DNA from: Squalus acanthias
Taxonomy: Eukaryota
Length of the DNA stretch: 64,000 bases
Assembly (NCBI GenBank): GCA_030390025.1
Contig: CM059437.1
Coordinates: 54,498,001 to 54,562,000 of the forward strand
Direction of reading: 5' to 3'
Shown here: piece after piece, positions 35,079 to 47,387 of the stretch
How the letters are laid out: each line of letters starts with the position of its first letter
How positions within the stretch are numbered: position 1 is the first letter of the stretch
The notes under the pieces: model-generated
What the model saw: the letters and a program-made list of their open reading frames with translations, nothing else
What the model was told of the DNA's origin: nothing
Databases searched by the model: none
Made by a program: the position numbers and the translations under genes

Positions 35079-36480
35079 TTCAAGAATATTATGTATTCGT
35101 CTAATATACCATCAGTAAACGTTCTTTGAACAAAGTTCGAAATTAAAGTTTAATTTTTTTTAGTTTAATTGCTGTATTTCAAGTTATAACAATAAATATA
35201 CAGTAAGTTTGTTTGTTTGATTCCACTAGGTGCACCCAAGTGTGTGCTGACTCTGCAGTTATCACACCTTTACTGTCTCATTGCAGTGTAATAAAATTAT
35301 TGTTCCACTGTCTCAGATGATGTTATTCTTTTCTTGCTTTAGTTATCTCCAAATTAATGACCATTTTTAAAACGTTCAAATCTTGAGCTTCCACTCTTGG
35401 TAAACTTTTTCAAATTTACTTTAAGCCGCCAAACTCTCGATCGAAATAACGATTTTACAGAACGGATGGGTGACGGGGTCGAAATATAACAACCTATAAA
35501 ATGCCAAATTCGATTTGTATGTTGATTGAACTACACTGCTTCTGTGATTGCGTTTAAGATTCTCCCTTTTTCTGAATGACCACTGTGAGAAACTACATAA
35601 ATACCAAATAACGTTGTAACATACCCCTTAGAAATGATAAATCTTAATCAGAGTGCCAGTAGAATGAGAATAGAACCTGAATTGAAAAGAGAACGCATAG
35701 AATCATAGAATTCTGCCGCACGGAAGGAGGCCATTCGGCCCATCGGGCATGTGCCGGCTCTTTGAAAGAGCTTGTCCAATAGTCCCACTCCACTGCTCTT
35801 TCCCCATAGCCCTGCAATTTTCTTCTCTTCAAGTATTTCAGCGCCATCTCTGAATTCATGCTACAAGTAGGTAAAGCATGATCAGAAACATCCACATGTT
35901 AGAATTCATTTTGAATCCATTTTAATTGCATTGACCAGACGCAAAAGAACAGGAACAGTACAAATACCCCTTTTTGTGCAAAATGCTTAGTGAACCAAAG
36001 GTATCGCTGTGGAGTGTTAGAAGGTGTACATAGTTAACGGCTAAATTAGGATAACTTCACATGGTCAGAATGCATTATGGCTGAATGCCTTGAGAATCAG
36101 TAATGTTACTATAGAACAAACTAGATTAAGGATAATGGAAAAATACATGACTGAGCTCATCATAGCCATGTAAGAAAACAGGCGTAAGAGATCTTGAGCT
36201 AAAAAGAACTGGAACAAGGGATACAAAGACAGCAGCTGAGATGGAGTTCCAAGGGCAGAACTATTACAACTCAGTTCAGAGATGCCTGTTTGCTAACCTG
36301 TATAAATATCAATGATCAGCAATAATGCTCAGTCTTAGCGCTGCAAACTGCCATGAACAGTATCGTCTGTATGTCCCAAATAGACATTATACTTCTGAGT
36401 TAATAGACGTATATTACTTACTTGCAGTCTTAGTACGTTCTCAAATATCAATAAACAGCAGTCAATGTATCAACTTACGC

Positions 36481-37630
36481 AATAACAACAGAAAACGCTG
36501 GAAAAACTCAGCAGGCCAGGCAGCATCCGTGGAGAGAGAAAGAGAGTTAACGTTTCAGGTCGATGACCTTTCATCAGAACTGGGAAGAGCCGGAAATCAA
36601 ATAGATTTAAGGCCAGGGTAAAGACTCCCACAGCTACCTGGACTACACTTCCTCCCACCCCGCCTCCTGTAAGGACTCTATTCCATTCTCCCAGTTTCTC
36701 CGTCTCCGCCGCATCTGCTCTGATGATGCCACCTTCCATACCAGTGCTTCAGACATGTCTTCCTTTTTCCTCAACCGAGGATTCCCCTCTACCGTGGTCG
36801 ACACGGCCCTCGACCGTGTCCGTTCTATCTCCCGCACATCTGCCCTCACTCCTGCCCCTCCCTCCCGGAACCACGATAGGGTTCCCCTTGTCCTCACCTT
36901 TCACCCCACCAGCCTCCACATTCAACGGATCATCCTCCGCCATTTCCGCCACATCCAGCGTGATCCCACCACCAAACACATCTTCCCCTCACCTCCCCTT
37001 TCAGCATTCCGTAGGGACCGCTCCCTCCGCGACACCCTAGTCCACTCCTCTACCACCCCCAGCACCCCTTCCCCTTCGCCCGGCACCTTCCCGTGCACGC
37101 GCAGGAGATGCAACACATGCCCTTATACCTCCCCTCTTCCCACTGTCCAGGGCCCCAAACACCCCTTCCAGGTGAAACAGCGATTTACTTGTACTTCCTG
37201 CAATTTAGTATACTGTATTCGCTGCTCACGATGTGGACTCCTCTACATTGGGGAGACCAAACGCAGATTGGGTGACCGCTTTGCGGAACACCTCCGTTCA
37301 GTCCGTAAGGGGGACCCCGAGCTCCCGGTGGCCTGTCACTTTAATTCACCGCTTCACTCCCACTCTGACCTCACCGTCCTCGGCCTATTACACTGTTCCA
37401 CGGAAGCTCAGCGTAAGCTCGAGGAACAGCACCTCATCTTTCGTTTAGGCACGCTACAGCCCTCTGGACTCAATATCGAGTTCAACAATTTTAGATCATA
37501 ACCTCAGCTCCAATCACATTTATATTTTATTTTATCCACCCTTTTATTTGTCCCCCCCCACCTTTTTTTTCCTCCTTGAAGCTGGCAGTTGTCCTTCATT
37601 CTGCCAGTGGATTTCACACTTCATTCAGCC
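36481..37630 (+). mobile_element. Penelope-like retroelement: inverted pLTR piece, then RT C-terminus and GIY-YIG endonuclease
   Basis: ORF 36755-37501 with CTRRRCNTC linker and NLVYCIRCSRCGLLYIGETKRRLGDRFAEH; absent from the paralogous site near 2255. Confidence 0.93.
36545..36581 (-). ncRNA. Minimal type I hammerhead ribozyme of the Penelope pLTR
   Basis: Minus strand agtt-CTGATGA-A-AGGTC(atc)GACCT-GAAA-CG-TT-aact; palindromic ACGT stem III. Confidence 0.8.
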
Positions 37631-39096
37631 TTATGCGTCTTAGAATCTGTTAATTACTTTTTATACAACAGTTTTGGCAACTTGTAGCAAGACCCTAAGC
37701 ATTGGTTATTTGACCAGCGATCCGGGACTGATCAACCCTTAGCCAACTCCAACGTGTATTAGAGGGAATTCAGGAATAGCAATTGAATTTGGCGTTAACA
37801 ATAAAATGTAGAAGTAATGGAGAATTTCGGAAAATATGTACACAAATAAAGCGGCAGCCGCGCTGGTGGCCCACTGACACTAGCGGACTTGATGGAGAAC
37901 ACCGACCCCTGAGCGAGCTGCTTCAGGTGCTAGAGAATTAGCTCTTTAGAATTATAAAAATAACACCAAAGCAGCGGTGGTGCAAGTTTTCATTGCCGTT
38001 ACTAAGGCAGTTGAAATTTAGAGTAAGAAACTAAGAACTAGTTAAAAAAAAAGGGTGAGCAGCAAGGACTGCGTGTAACCTGTCAAGAATTAATAACACA
38101 ACCAGAATAATGCTCAAAATATTGTAATAAATTAAAAGACATTGTGCAGGAGGAGGATAAGGAGTACCAGGGGTTAAAGTGAGCCATTCAACATTAGACC
38201 TAGGCTGTGATGCAGTTAGGTAAAGATACCTCGGCTATTCACATCGAGTGTAACAAAACAATTGGGAGACAGGAGAAATAAATTAAAAGCCCACAAGGCT
38301 ATTACCCAGACCTCCACCGTGGCAGGCTTGGTTGAAGTCTCTGGCCAATTGGCGATTATATTGATAACATTGTGGGGGAACATGAACCACGTCCCCTGAG
38401 CGAGTAAACAAGGTGACACAACAGGAGCACCAATGCGAGCCTGAGGAGAAGCATCTCTTACACCTAAATGAGGATTTAAATCATTAGAAAACTGGGATAA
38501 GTAGTCAGTATAAGAGATTGAAAGTTGATGTGAGAGAACAAGGGTAAATAAAGGATGTGACACGGGCCACATCAGTAGCTTTTCTTGTTTCAGTGTAGTT
38601 ATCTTTTAAATTTCTCTGTGAAACTGCAGTCTGTAGAATTGTGCCCGGGGTGGCTCCATCCACTTTTCTCAGTCGCTCTCTAAAGTGTTAACCCTCTGTA
38701 GACCTTACCTTAGTTACCATTAAGATTGGTACAAATATTTAAATCCTGCAAGAGCTATTTTTTCTCAATTGATACATTGAATGGATAGGCAACGATACAA
38801 TCCACTTGGGATGAACATAAACTATATTTTAAAACAGAGGCCATAACTACTGCTACCTGTAAGAGTAGTTAAAGTGAGTAGAATAGCCAGCATCATATTA
38901 AGTTAGGTCACAGCAGTTTTAGAAGGGGTTAATGGAATTAAATTAGTCTCTGATAACAAAGGGACACAGAGATTAGCACCAAAGTGTGGGAAGAAGCACT
39001 GTCTGGAATGAGGTTGGGAGTATGAAAGAATAATAGTCTTTCTCTGTAATAAATATCTGTAAGAGATAAGGAACTGAAGGCAATGAGTGAAGAATG

Positions 39097-40655
39097 TAGC
39101 ATGCTGCGGGAGGGAGTTGAGGACACTCGCGTGGAAGACATAGTCTCGGTTGAGGAGATCTTCGAAGTGCTCCTTCCAGCGGGCACTGACTGCCTCTCTG
39201 TCCTTGATGAGTACCTCTCCGTTCTTGGCCTGCAGTGGGGTAGGACCTTGGGTACTTGGGCCATAGGTGGTCTTGACTGCGCTAAATAATCCATGCACGT
39301 CGTGGTTGTCGGCTAGCTTCTGGATCTCCTGCGCTTTCTCCACCCACCATCTTTTCTTTAGGTCGCGAGTTTTTTGTTGGACCTCGGCCTTCAGGCATCT
39401 GTAGAGCTGCTTTCTTGCTTTCGAGTTGTGTTGCTGTTTCCAGATCAGGAATGCCTTGCGCTTGTGGCTTATTAGCTCCTGGATCTCCTGGTCATTCTCG
39501 TCAAACCAGTCTTGGTGTTTCCTGGTCGAGTGACCGAGCATCTCTTCACAGGTGCTGATTATGGAGGCCTTGAGTGCAGACCAGGTGCTGTGGGCACTCT
39601 GTGTCTCTGAATCACTGGGAGTCGTCAGGTTGGTTGTGAGGCGCAGGCTGAATAGGGCTTTCTTACAAAGGTCTTTGAGTGCTCCGGCGTTAATTTTCCT
39701 GCGGCATTGTTTCTGTTGTTTCTTTGGGGCTACATTGATGGAGATGACAGAGGCGGTGGTCTGTCCAGCAGTCTTCAGCTCCTGTCATGGCGTGGGTGAT
39801 GCGGACGTCCTTGCGGTCCCTCGCTCGGACGATGATGTAGTCCAGCAGATGCCAGTGCTTGGAACGAGGGTGTTGCCATGAAGCCGTGTACCTGTCTCTC
39901 TGATGGAACAAAGTGTTGGTTATGACAAGGCCATGTTCTAAGCATTTCGTCAGGAGAAGGGTACCATTGGAGTTGACTTTCCCTACCCACTTTCTGCCGA
40001 TCACACTTCCCCAGAGGACTATGTCCTTTCCAACTCCGGTGTTAAAGTCGCCAAGGAGGATCAGCTTGTCGCCCATTGGGACTCAGGACAGGGATTGTTC
40101 GAGGCTGGAGTAGAATTCCTCTTTTGTCTCATCTGTGGCTTCCAGTGTTGGGGTGTACGCACTGAAGACCGTAGCGCACTGGCTCCAGGCTAGGGTGAGC
40201 CGAAGAGTCATGAGGCGTTCGTTTATTCTGCAAGGGGAGTCTCTGAGATGCCCATATAGCTCATTTTTATGGCGAAGCCTACCCCATGGAGGCGGCTTTC
40301 TTCTTCAGGTTTGCCTTTCCAGAAGAAGGGGTAAGCACCGCCTTTCTCCTTGAGCTGGTCTTCCCCTGCCCGCGGATCTCGCTTAGGGCGGCGATGTCTA
40401 TGTTGAAACATCTGAGCTTCTGGGCAACGATAGCAGTACGGCGCTGTTGGGGTTGTCCATGAGGGTCCTGACGTTCCAGGTCCCGATCTTCATTTTTTAA
40501 AGGGTGGAAGATGCCTGTGCGTGAATTCCTTTATCGTGGGGTGGCCGTTGCACAGCAGCTACCACATGGGCTTGGCAGAGCAAGGTCTTGGTCCAATGGC
40601 AAGGGGATCCAAGATGTTTGGAGACCAGGCTCTGCTACATCAGCCTAGCACACAC
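39097..40655 (-). mobile_element. RTE-clade LINE, 5' part (endonuclease and linker), degenerate
   Basis: LILLGDFN, ITNTLF, WQHPRSKHWHLLDYIIVR, TDHRL, HQDWFDENDQEIQ; absent from the paralogous copy. Confidence 0.88.
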
Positions 40656-40809
40656 ACACAAACATACTCCTACTGTCCTCCTCCCTCCTTCCCGCAGGTC
40701 CTCTCTGCCTGGGTTTCATAGGATGCAGTGTGATCCTCCCGACCTCGCTGTTGGCCCATGCTGCACCTTCCCTGGGCCCAAACCACGCTGCTGGTCTACA
40801 TTTTGCCAC

Positions 40810-41220
40810 TCCTGGTCCTCGACCTCGCGGCTGGGCTCGTCCTCGCTCCTGGGCCCCGCCGTCGCCCTGGGGTCTCGTCCTCGCTCCTGGGTCCCGACCT
40901 TGCTCCTGGGCTTCGTCCTCGCTCCTGGGTCCCGTCCTCGCTCCTGGGTCACGACCTCACTGCACCTCCCGTACCTGCTCCTGGGCCTCGGCCTCGCTCC
41001 TGGGCCTCGAACTTGCTCCTGGGCCTCGTCCTCGCTTCTGGGCCTCGATCTTGCTCCTGGGCCTCGACCTTGCTCCTGGGCCTCGTCCTCGCTCCTGGGG
41101 CTCGTCCTCGCTCCTAGTCCTCGACCTCGCTCCTGGGCCTCGTCCTAGCTCCTGGGCCTCGTCCTCGTTCCTGGGTCCCGGCCTCGCTGCTTCTCCCGTC
41201 CCTGCTTCTGGGCCTCGACC
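40810..41220. repeat. GC-rich minisatellite, 19-bp unit CTCGCTCCTGGGCCTCGTC, about 20 imperfect copies
   Basis: Direct reading of tandem units; produces repetitive ORFs in several frames. Confidence 0.9.
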
Positions 41221-42914
41221 ACCGCAGCTGCAGTGTAGAATCGATGCTAAAGTGAAATATCATAATTAAGTTAGACTCTTTTAATGCCAGGATATTAAAA
41301 ACCTCATCCTTATGTTTAAATGCCTCTGTCGTCTCGTTCTTCCCTAACGCTGTAACCTCCTCAAGCCATACAACCCTCTGATAATGCTGCACTCCTCCAA
41401 CTCTGGACTCTTGTGCATGTCCCACTTCCTTCACCCCACCATTAGAGGCCGTGCCTTCAGATGCCTAGGCCGTAAGCTCTGAATTACCTCCGCAAACGAC
41501 TTTGCGACTTCACCTCTCTCTCCTCCTTTATCACGCTGCTTACAAACTACCTCCTTGACTAAGTGTTTGGCTATTTGTCCTAATGTCTCCTTCTTTTGTT
41601 TGGTGTCAATTGTTGTCTGTTTACGCTCCTGCGAAGCTCATTGGGTCGTTTTCCTACATTAAAGTTGCTACATAAATGTAAGTTCTTGTTGTTGTTGATG
41701 TTATTCTATAGATCCTGAGAACAAAAATAAAAGTAGCAGTGACCCCCTGAGTGACAATCACTCCCAACCTGTCTCCATTCGAAGCAACATGCACGTACCC
41801 TCACTCTTTGTTTCCTGCCCTCAAATAACTTTCTATCCATGCTGCTACATTTCCTATTATACCATATGCCTAAATTTACTAACACGCCTTCTGGGAATCC
41901 ATGCACACTACATCCACTGAATTCTCTTTCTCTCTATAATCAATTCAATGGATCCATTGTAAGTGGGAATATTGCATTGCAAGCCTGTGACATGCCCATT
42001 ATTTATTTCAAAAGAGCAGTCAAGTATAATACAGATAGGTTTTAGTACCACAAGTGAGTCCTGGAGTCGATTTGTGGGGACAACTTGACAGTGACGTACC
42101 CAAAGCTTCTTGAAGGAGGGAGAACCAATGTGATGAATTCCTTCCTATTGCCATGGTATAGAGTTAAATAGAGGAAGAATAAACCTTCTGTCTAAAAAAG
42201 TATAAATAATTCATGATGTACCATCTACATTTAGAGCTGGGTCTGGGCCCACTGGGGCAAAACTAAATGCTACCCGGTTCTTGCATGTTAGGCTTCCATA
42301 AAGTGGTATTTGTATTAGACTATCACACAATGTTAATATGTTAATTATGCCATGAAGGCACAGTCTGGGAGGTGTGAACAATATTGCACCATGTATCATT
42401 CAAATTTGCGATCAGAGCAAACATTAAACCATTTATATGCATTTCTCGTGCCCGTATCCTAACTCGCATAATTCCCGTTCCCCCATCACCACTGTGCTCG
42501 CTGACCTACATTGGCTATTCGTCCTCGATTTAAAATTCTCACCCTTGTTTTCAAACTCCTCCATGGCCTCAACCCTCCATATCTCTCTAACCTCCTCCAG
42601 CACTACAACCGCCTGAGATCACTGCACTTCAAATCTGGCCACTTGAGCTACCCCGATTTTAATCGCTCCACCTTTGGCTGCGTGCCTTCAGCTGCCCAGG
42701 CCCACAGCTCTGGATTTGCCTCCCTGAAACTCTCCGCCTCTCTACCACTCTCCTTCTTGAAGATTCTACTTAAAACCTGTCTCTTTGACCAAGTTTTTGG
42801 TCACCTGTCGTAATATCTCCTTACGTGGCTTGGTGTCAAATTTTGCTTGATAACGCTCCTGTGAAGCACCTTGGGACGTTATGCAACGTTAAAGGCACGA
42901 TAGAAATGAAATCC

Positions 42915-45130
42915 GAGGGTTTAGTGCTGGCCGTTAAGGCTATTTTGGGCAGGTCGGCACCGCTGCCGATACCTGCGCATGCTGCAGATATTTAGGTTAG
43001 GCTGATCGTGATGTCAGTGAGTGTGCAACGCTCACTTGATGCCCGATCTGCCGTTTTCATCATCCCCGCTCCACTTACTGGTCTGTGTAAATCACAACCA
43101 GCTGGCCCAGCGTTCAGCAGCAGGAAGGAGGCTCCAGCAACGTCATTTAAAGGCTTCTGCTCACACCACTTGCTCACAATCATGGAGGCTCTACTTTTAA
43201 TCCCCCTCGTGCTCGAGTATCTTCAGGAGGGAGTGGTGGCAGCGAAGAATAGGGGATGATGCGCACAGAGGGAGGAAGAGGGGGGCCAGGAGGGCTCTCA
43301 ACAGGAGGCTTTACCCACCTAGGGTCTTCCGAGAGCACTTACCTTATCTCCACTTAAACAAGGAGCAGTGTAGTAGGAGGTTCAGCTTCACCAAGGAAGT
43401 GGTCACAGAACTCTGCCACCTCCTGCAACCAGACCTTCAACCTTAGCACACGGCGAACACGGCTTTCCCAATGGCTCTCAAGGTCACAGTGGCCCTTAAT
43501 TTTTTCGCCAGCAGATCCGTCCAGTCTGCAGCAGGAGACATAGCTAACATACGTACATCACTGAATCCGGGAGGTCACAGGGGCTCTCTACACCAGCAGA
43601 AGGGATTATGTTGTTTTCTCTCTGAATAAAGAGAAGCAGGAGGAGCGGGCATGTGGCTTTGCCCATATAGTGGGCTTCCCCATGGTGCAGGCCACCATCG
43701 ACTGCACCAACGTGGATTTATGGGTACCGCATAACAATCCTGAGATGTTCCATAACCGCAAAGGCTACCACTCCCTTAATGTGCAATTGTTGTGTGACCA
43801 TGCCCAGAGCATCATGATGGTGAATACACACTATCCCGGAAGCAGTCATGATGTCTTCATCCTGAGCCAGTCCAGTGTGCCAGCAATCTTTCATCCATCA
43901 CGTAAAACCTTAGGCTGGTGATAGGGGCTACCCGTTCTGCCACCGGCTGATGATTCCCCTCTGCAACCCCACCTCTCCTGCCCAGGACTCATATAATGAC
44001 AGCCATGCTGCCACCAGGAACATTATAGAGCAGACCATCGGGGTGCTCAAGCAATGGTTCCACTCCCTTGGCCGCTCTGGAGGAGCCCTCCAGTACTCTC
44101 TGGAGCAGGTATCCCATTTCGTGGTGGTCTGCTGCATGCGTCACAACATGACCATCATGAGGGTGCAATCCGTGCCACCAGGGATTGCAGGACCACCTCA
44201 GGATGAGGAGGAGGAAGAGGAAGAGGAGGACGATGATAAAGAGGATGAGGAGGAATGGAGGAGGCAAGCAGCAGATCCTCGTTGCAGACGGGCTGTCCGT
44301 GAAGGCCTCATCAGAGTCTGATTCCAGTGAATGAAACCCCAGATCACCCTTGCTCACCACATCCCCATCATACCATCCCTCTGTCATGGAGCATCACAGT
44401 GTCCTCCTGGGCACAAATGCTCAAATGAGAGCCATCAACAAAACAAATATTCCAAACAAAACTAATAAATTTATCACAATCCAATCAACATTACAATATG
44501 AACTAATCACCCTGTCGTTCATGTGCTTTTTCCTACTCTATTGCTCCTACTACAGAATGGCTGGTGGAAGGCTGCTGACTCTCAGTGGGGGAGACTGCAA
44601 ATGGCCTTGCCGTCCGACCTCGATCAGCTGTGGGCCAAGAAGGCCCGGTTGTAGACTGCACCATCTCGGCCTCGGCATCAGCAGCAGCAGTCCAGGCTGG
44701 CTAGTTTACGGCTGTGGCAGGGGCAATGGCGGAGTGGCAGTGGTGGGAGTAGGAATGCTTTCATCCTGAGAGAGGACAGGAGGTTCTTGCTCCACAGACC
44801 CACTGCCACGCCCCCTGGGTGGCGCTTCAGCATTCCTATCAAGCTGTTGGAGGACAGATTGCTGGACTGCTGCGACACTCTGCAAGCCCCTCTCGACACT
44901 CGTAAACCCAGCGGAGATGACAGCAGGCTGAGCTTGCGTGACAGCAGGCTGAGCTTGCATGGCAGCAAGCTGTGCCTGCAGGAGAGCAGTCCGTGCTTGC
45001 ACTGCAACACTGAGATGTTGGGTCACTTCCGCCTGCGCTGCAATGAAAGCTGCGACATAGCCTTTCACATGCAGCATCCTGGCTGGGTCGGCAAGGTCTC
45101 TCCTGGAGTTGTCCATCATTTCCATCCTGC
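42915..45130 (+). mobile_element. Degenerate PIF/Harbinger DNA transposon (transposase on +, convergent second ORF remnant on -)
   Basis: GFPMVQATIDCT, NRKGYHSLNVQLLCD, YPGSSHD, YNDSHAATRNIIEQTIGVLKQWF, acidic tail; convergent ORF 44706-45125. Confidence 0.88.
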
Positions 45131-47385
45131 AAAGGAGGCCATTCGGTCCATCTTGTCCGTGCCGGCGGACAAAGAGCTATCCAGCCTAATCCCACTTTCG
45201 AGCACTTGGTCCGTATCCTTGTAGGTTACGGCACTTCAAGTGCACATCCAAGGACTTTTTAAATGTGATGAGGGTTTCTGCCTCTACCACCCTTTCAGGC
45301 AGTGAGTTCCAGACCCCCACCACCCTCTGGGTGAAAACATATCTCCTCAAATCCCCTCTAAACCTCCTACCAATTACTTTAAATCTATGCCCCCTGGTTA
45401 TCGACCCCTCTGCTAGGGGAAATAGTTCCTTCCTATCCACTCTATCTGGGACACTCATAATTTTATACACCTCAATTAGGTCTCCCTTCAGCCTCCTCTG
45501 TTCCAAAGAATATTCCACAACCCAGGCAGAATCCTCGTAAATCTCCTCTGCACCCTTTCTAGTGCAATCACATCCGTCCTGTAATGTGGTGACCAGAACT
45601 GCACGCAGTATTTTAGCTGTGGCCTAACTAGTGTTTTATACAATTCAAGCATAACCTCCCTGCTCTTAATTTCTATGCCTCGGCTAATGAAGGCAAGTTT
45701 TTTTAATTCGTTTATGGGATGTGGGCGTCGCTGGCAAGGCCAGCATTTATTGCCCATCTCTAATTGCCCTTGAGAAGGTGGTGGTGAGCCGCTTTCTTGA
45801 ACCGCTACAGTCGTGTGGTGAAGGTACTCCCACAGTGCTGTTAGGTAGGGAGTTCCAGGATTTTGACCCAGCGACAATGAAGGATCGGCGATATACTTGT
45901 AAGTCAGGATGGTGTGTGACTTGGAGGGGAACTTGGAGGTGGTGGTGTTCCCATGCATCTGCTGCCCTTGTCCTTCTAGGTGTTATCTACCTGTCCTGCT
46001 ACCTTCAGGGATCTGTGGACATGCACTCCAAGATCTCTCTGATCCTCTGCAATTCTCAGTGTCCTACCATTTATTGTGTATTCCCTTGCCTTGTTAGCCC
46101 TCCCCAATTGCATTACCTCACACTTCTCCGGATTGAATTCCATTTGCCACTGTTCTGCCCACCTGACCACTCCATTGATATCTTCCTGCAGTCTACAGCT
46201 TTCTTCTTCATTATCAACCATACGGACAATTTTTGTATCATCTGCAAACTTCTTAATCATACTTCCTACATCCAAGTGCAAATCATTGATATATACCACA
46301 AAAAGCAAAGGGCCCAGTACTGAACCCTGCGGAACTCCACTGGAAGCAGCCTTCCAGTCACAAAAACACCCGTAACCATTACCCTTTGTTTCCTGCCTCT
46401 GAGCCAATTTCAGATCCAACTTGCCACTTTGCCTTTGATCCCATGGGCTTTTACTTTCGTGACAAGTCTGCCATGCGGGACCTTATTAAAAGCCTTGCTA
46501 AAATCTATATAGACTACATCAAATACACTACCCTCATCGACCCTCCATGTTACCTCCTCAAAAAATTCACTCAAGTTAGTCAGACACGACCTTCCCTTAA
46601 CAAATCCATGCTGACTGTTCCTGATTAATCTGTGTCTTTCTAAATGAAGATTTATCCTGTCCCTCAGAATTTTTTCCAATAATTTTCCCACCACCGAGGT
46701 TAGGCTGAATGGCCTGTAATTACTTGGTCTATCACTTTCTCCCTTTTTAAACAATGGTGCCATATTAGCAGTCCTCCAGTCCTCTGACACCACACGTGTA
46801 GCCAGGGAGCATTGGAACATTATGGTCAGAGCCTCTGCTATTTCTTCCCTTACTCCTCTTAACAGTCTGGGATACATTTCATCTGGGCCTCTGGATTTAT
46901 CCACTTTCAAAGATGCTAAACCCCTTAATACTTCCTCTTTCACTATGTTTATTTCATCTAATATTTCACACTCCTCCTCCCTGATTTCAATTTCTGCATC
47001 GTCCCTCTCCTTTGTGAAAACAGACACAAAGTGTTCATTAAGAACCATAGCCATGTCTTCCGCTTCCACACACAGGTTACCTTTATGGTCCCTAATAAGC
47101 CCTACTCTTACTTTAGCTATCCTCTTGCTCTTAATGTATTTATAAAATATCTTTGGGTTTTCCTTGATTTTACTTGCCAATATTTTTATGCCCTCTCTTT
47201 GCTTTCTTAATTTTCTTTTTAATTTCACCCTTGCACTTTCTATATGCCTCTAGGTTTTCTGCAGTATTGCGCCCTCAGTATCTGTCATAAGCTTCAATTT
47301 TTTTCTTTAACCTTCCCTCTATGCCCCTTGACATCCAGGGAACTCTCGATTTGTTAGTCCCTCCCTTTTTCTTTAAGGAAACATA
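45131..47385 (-). mobile_element. CR1 LINE (degenerate), interrupted at 45697-45980 by another LINE's 3' end
   Basis: ORFs 46410-47228, 45976-46419 (FADDTK) and 45186-45518. Confidence 0.9.
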
Positions 47386-47387
47386 CA

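Noticed and set aside
40588-41269. Overlapping 119-186 aa ORFs; array-like appearance
   Set aside because: Products of a 19-bp minisatellite with no unique spacers; not a gene, not CRISPR, and switch regions are not expected at a light-chain locus.
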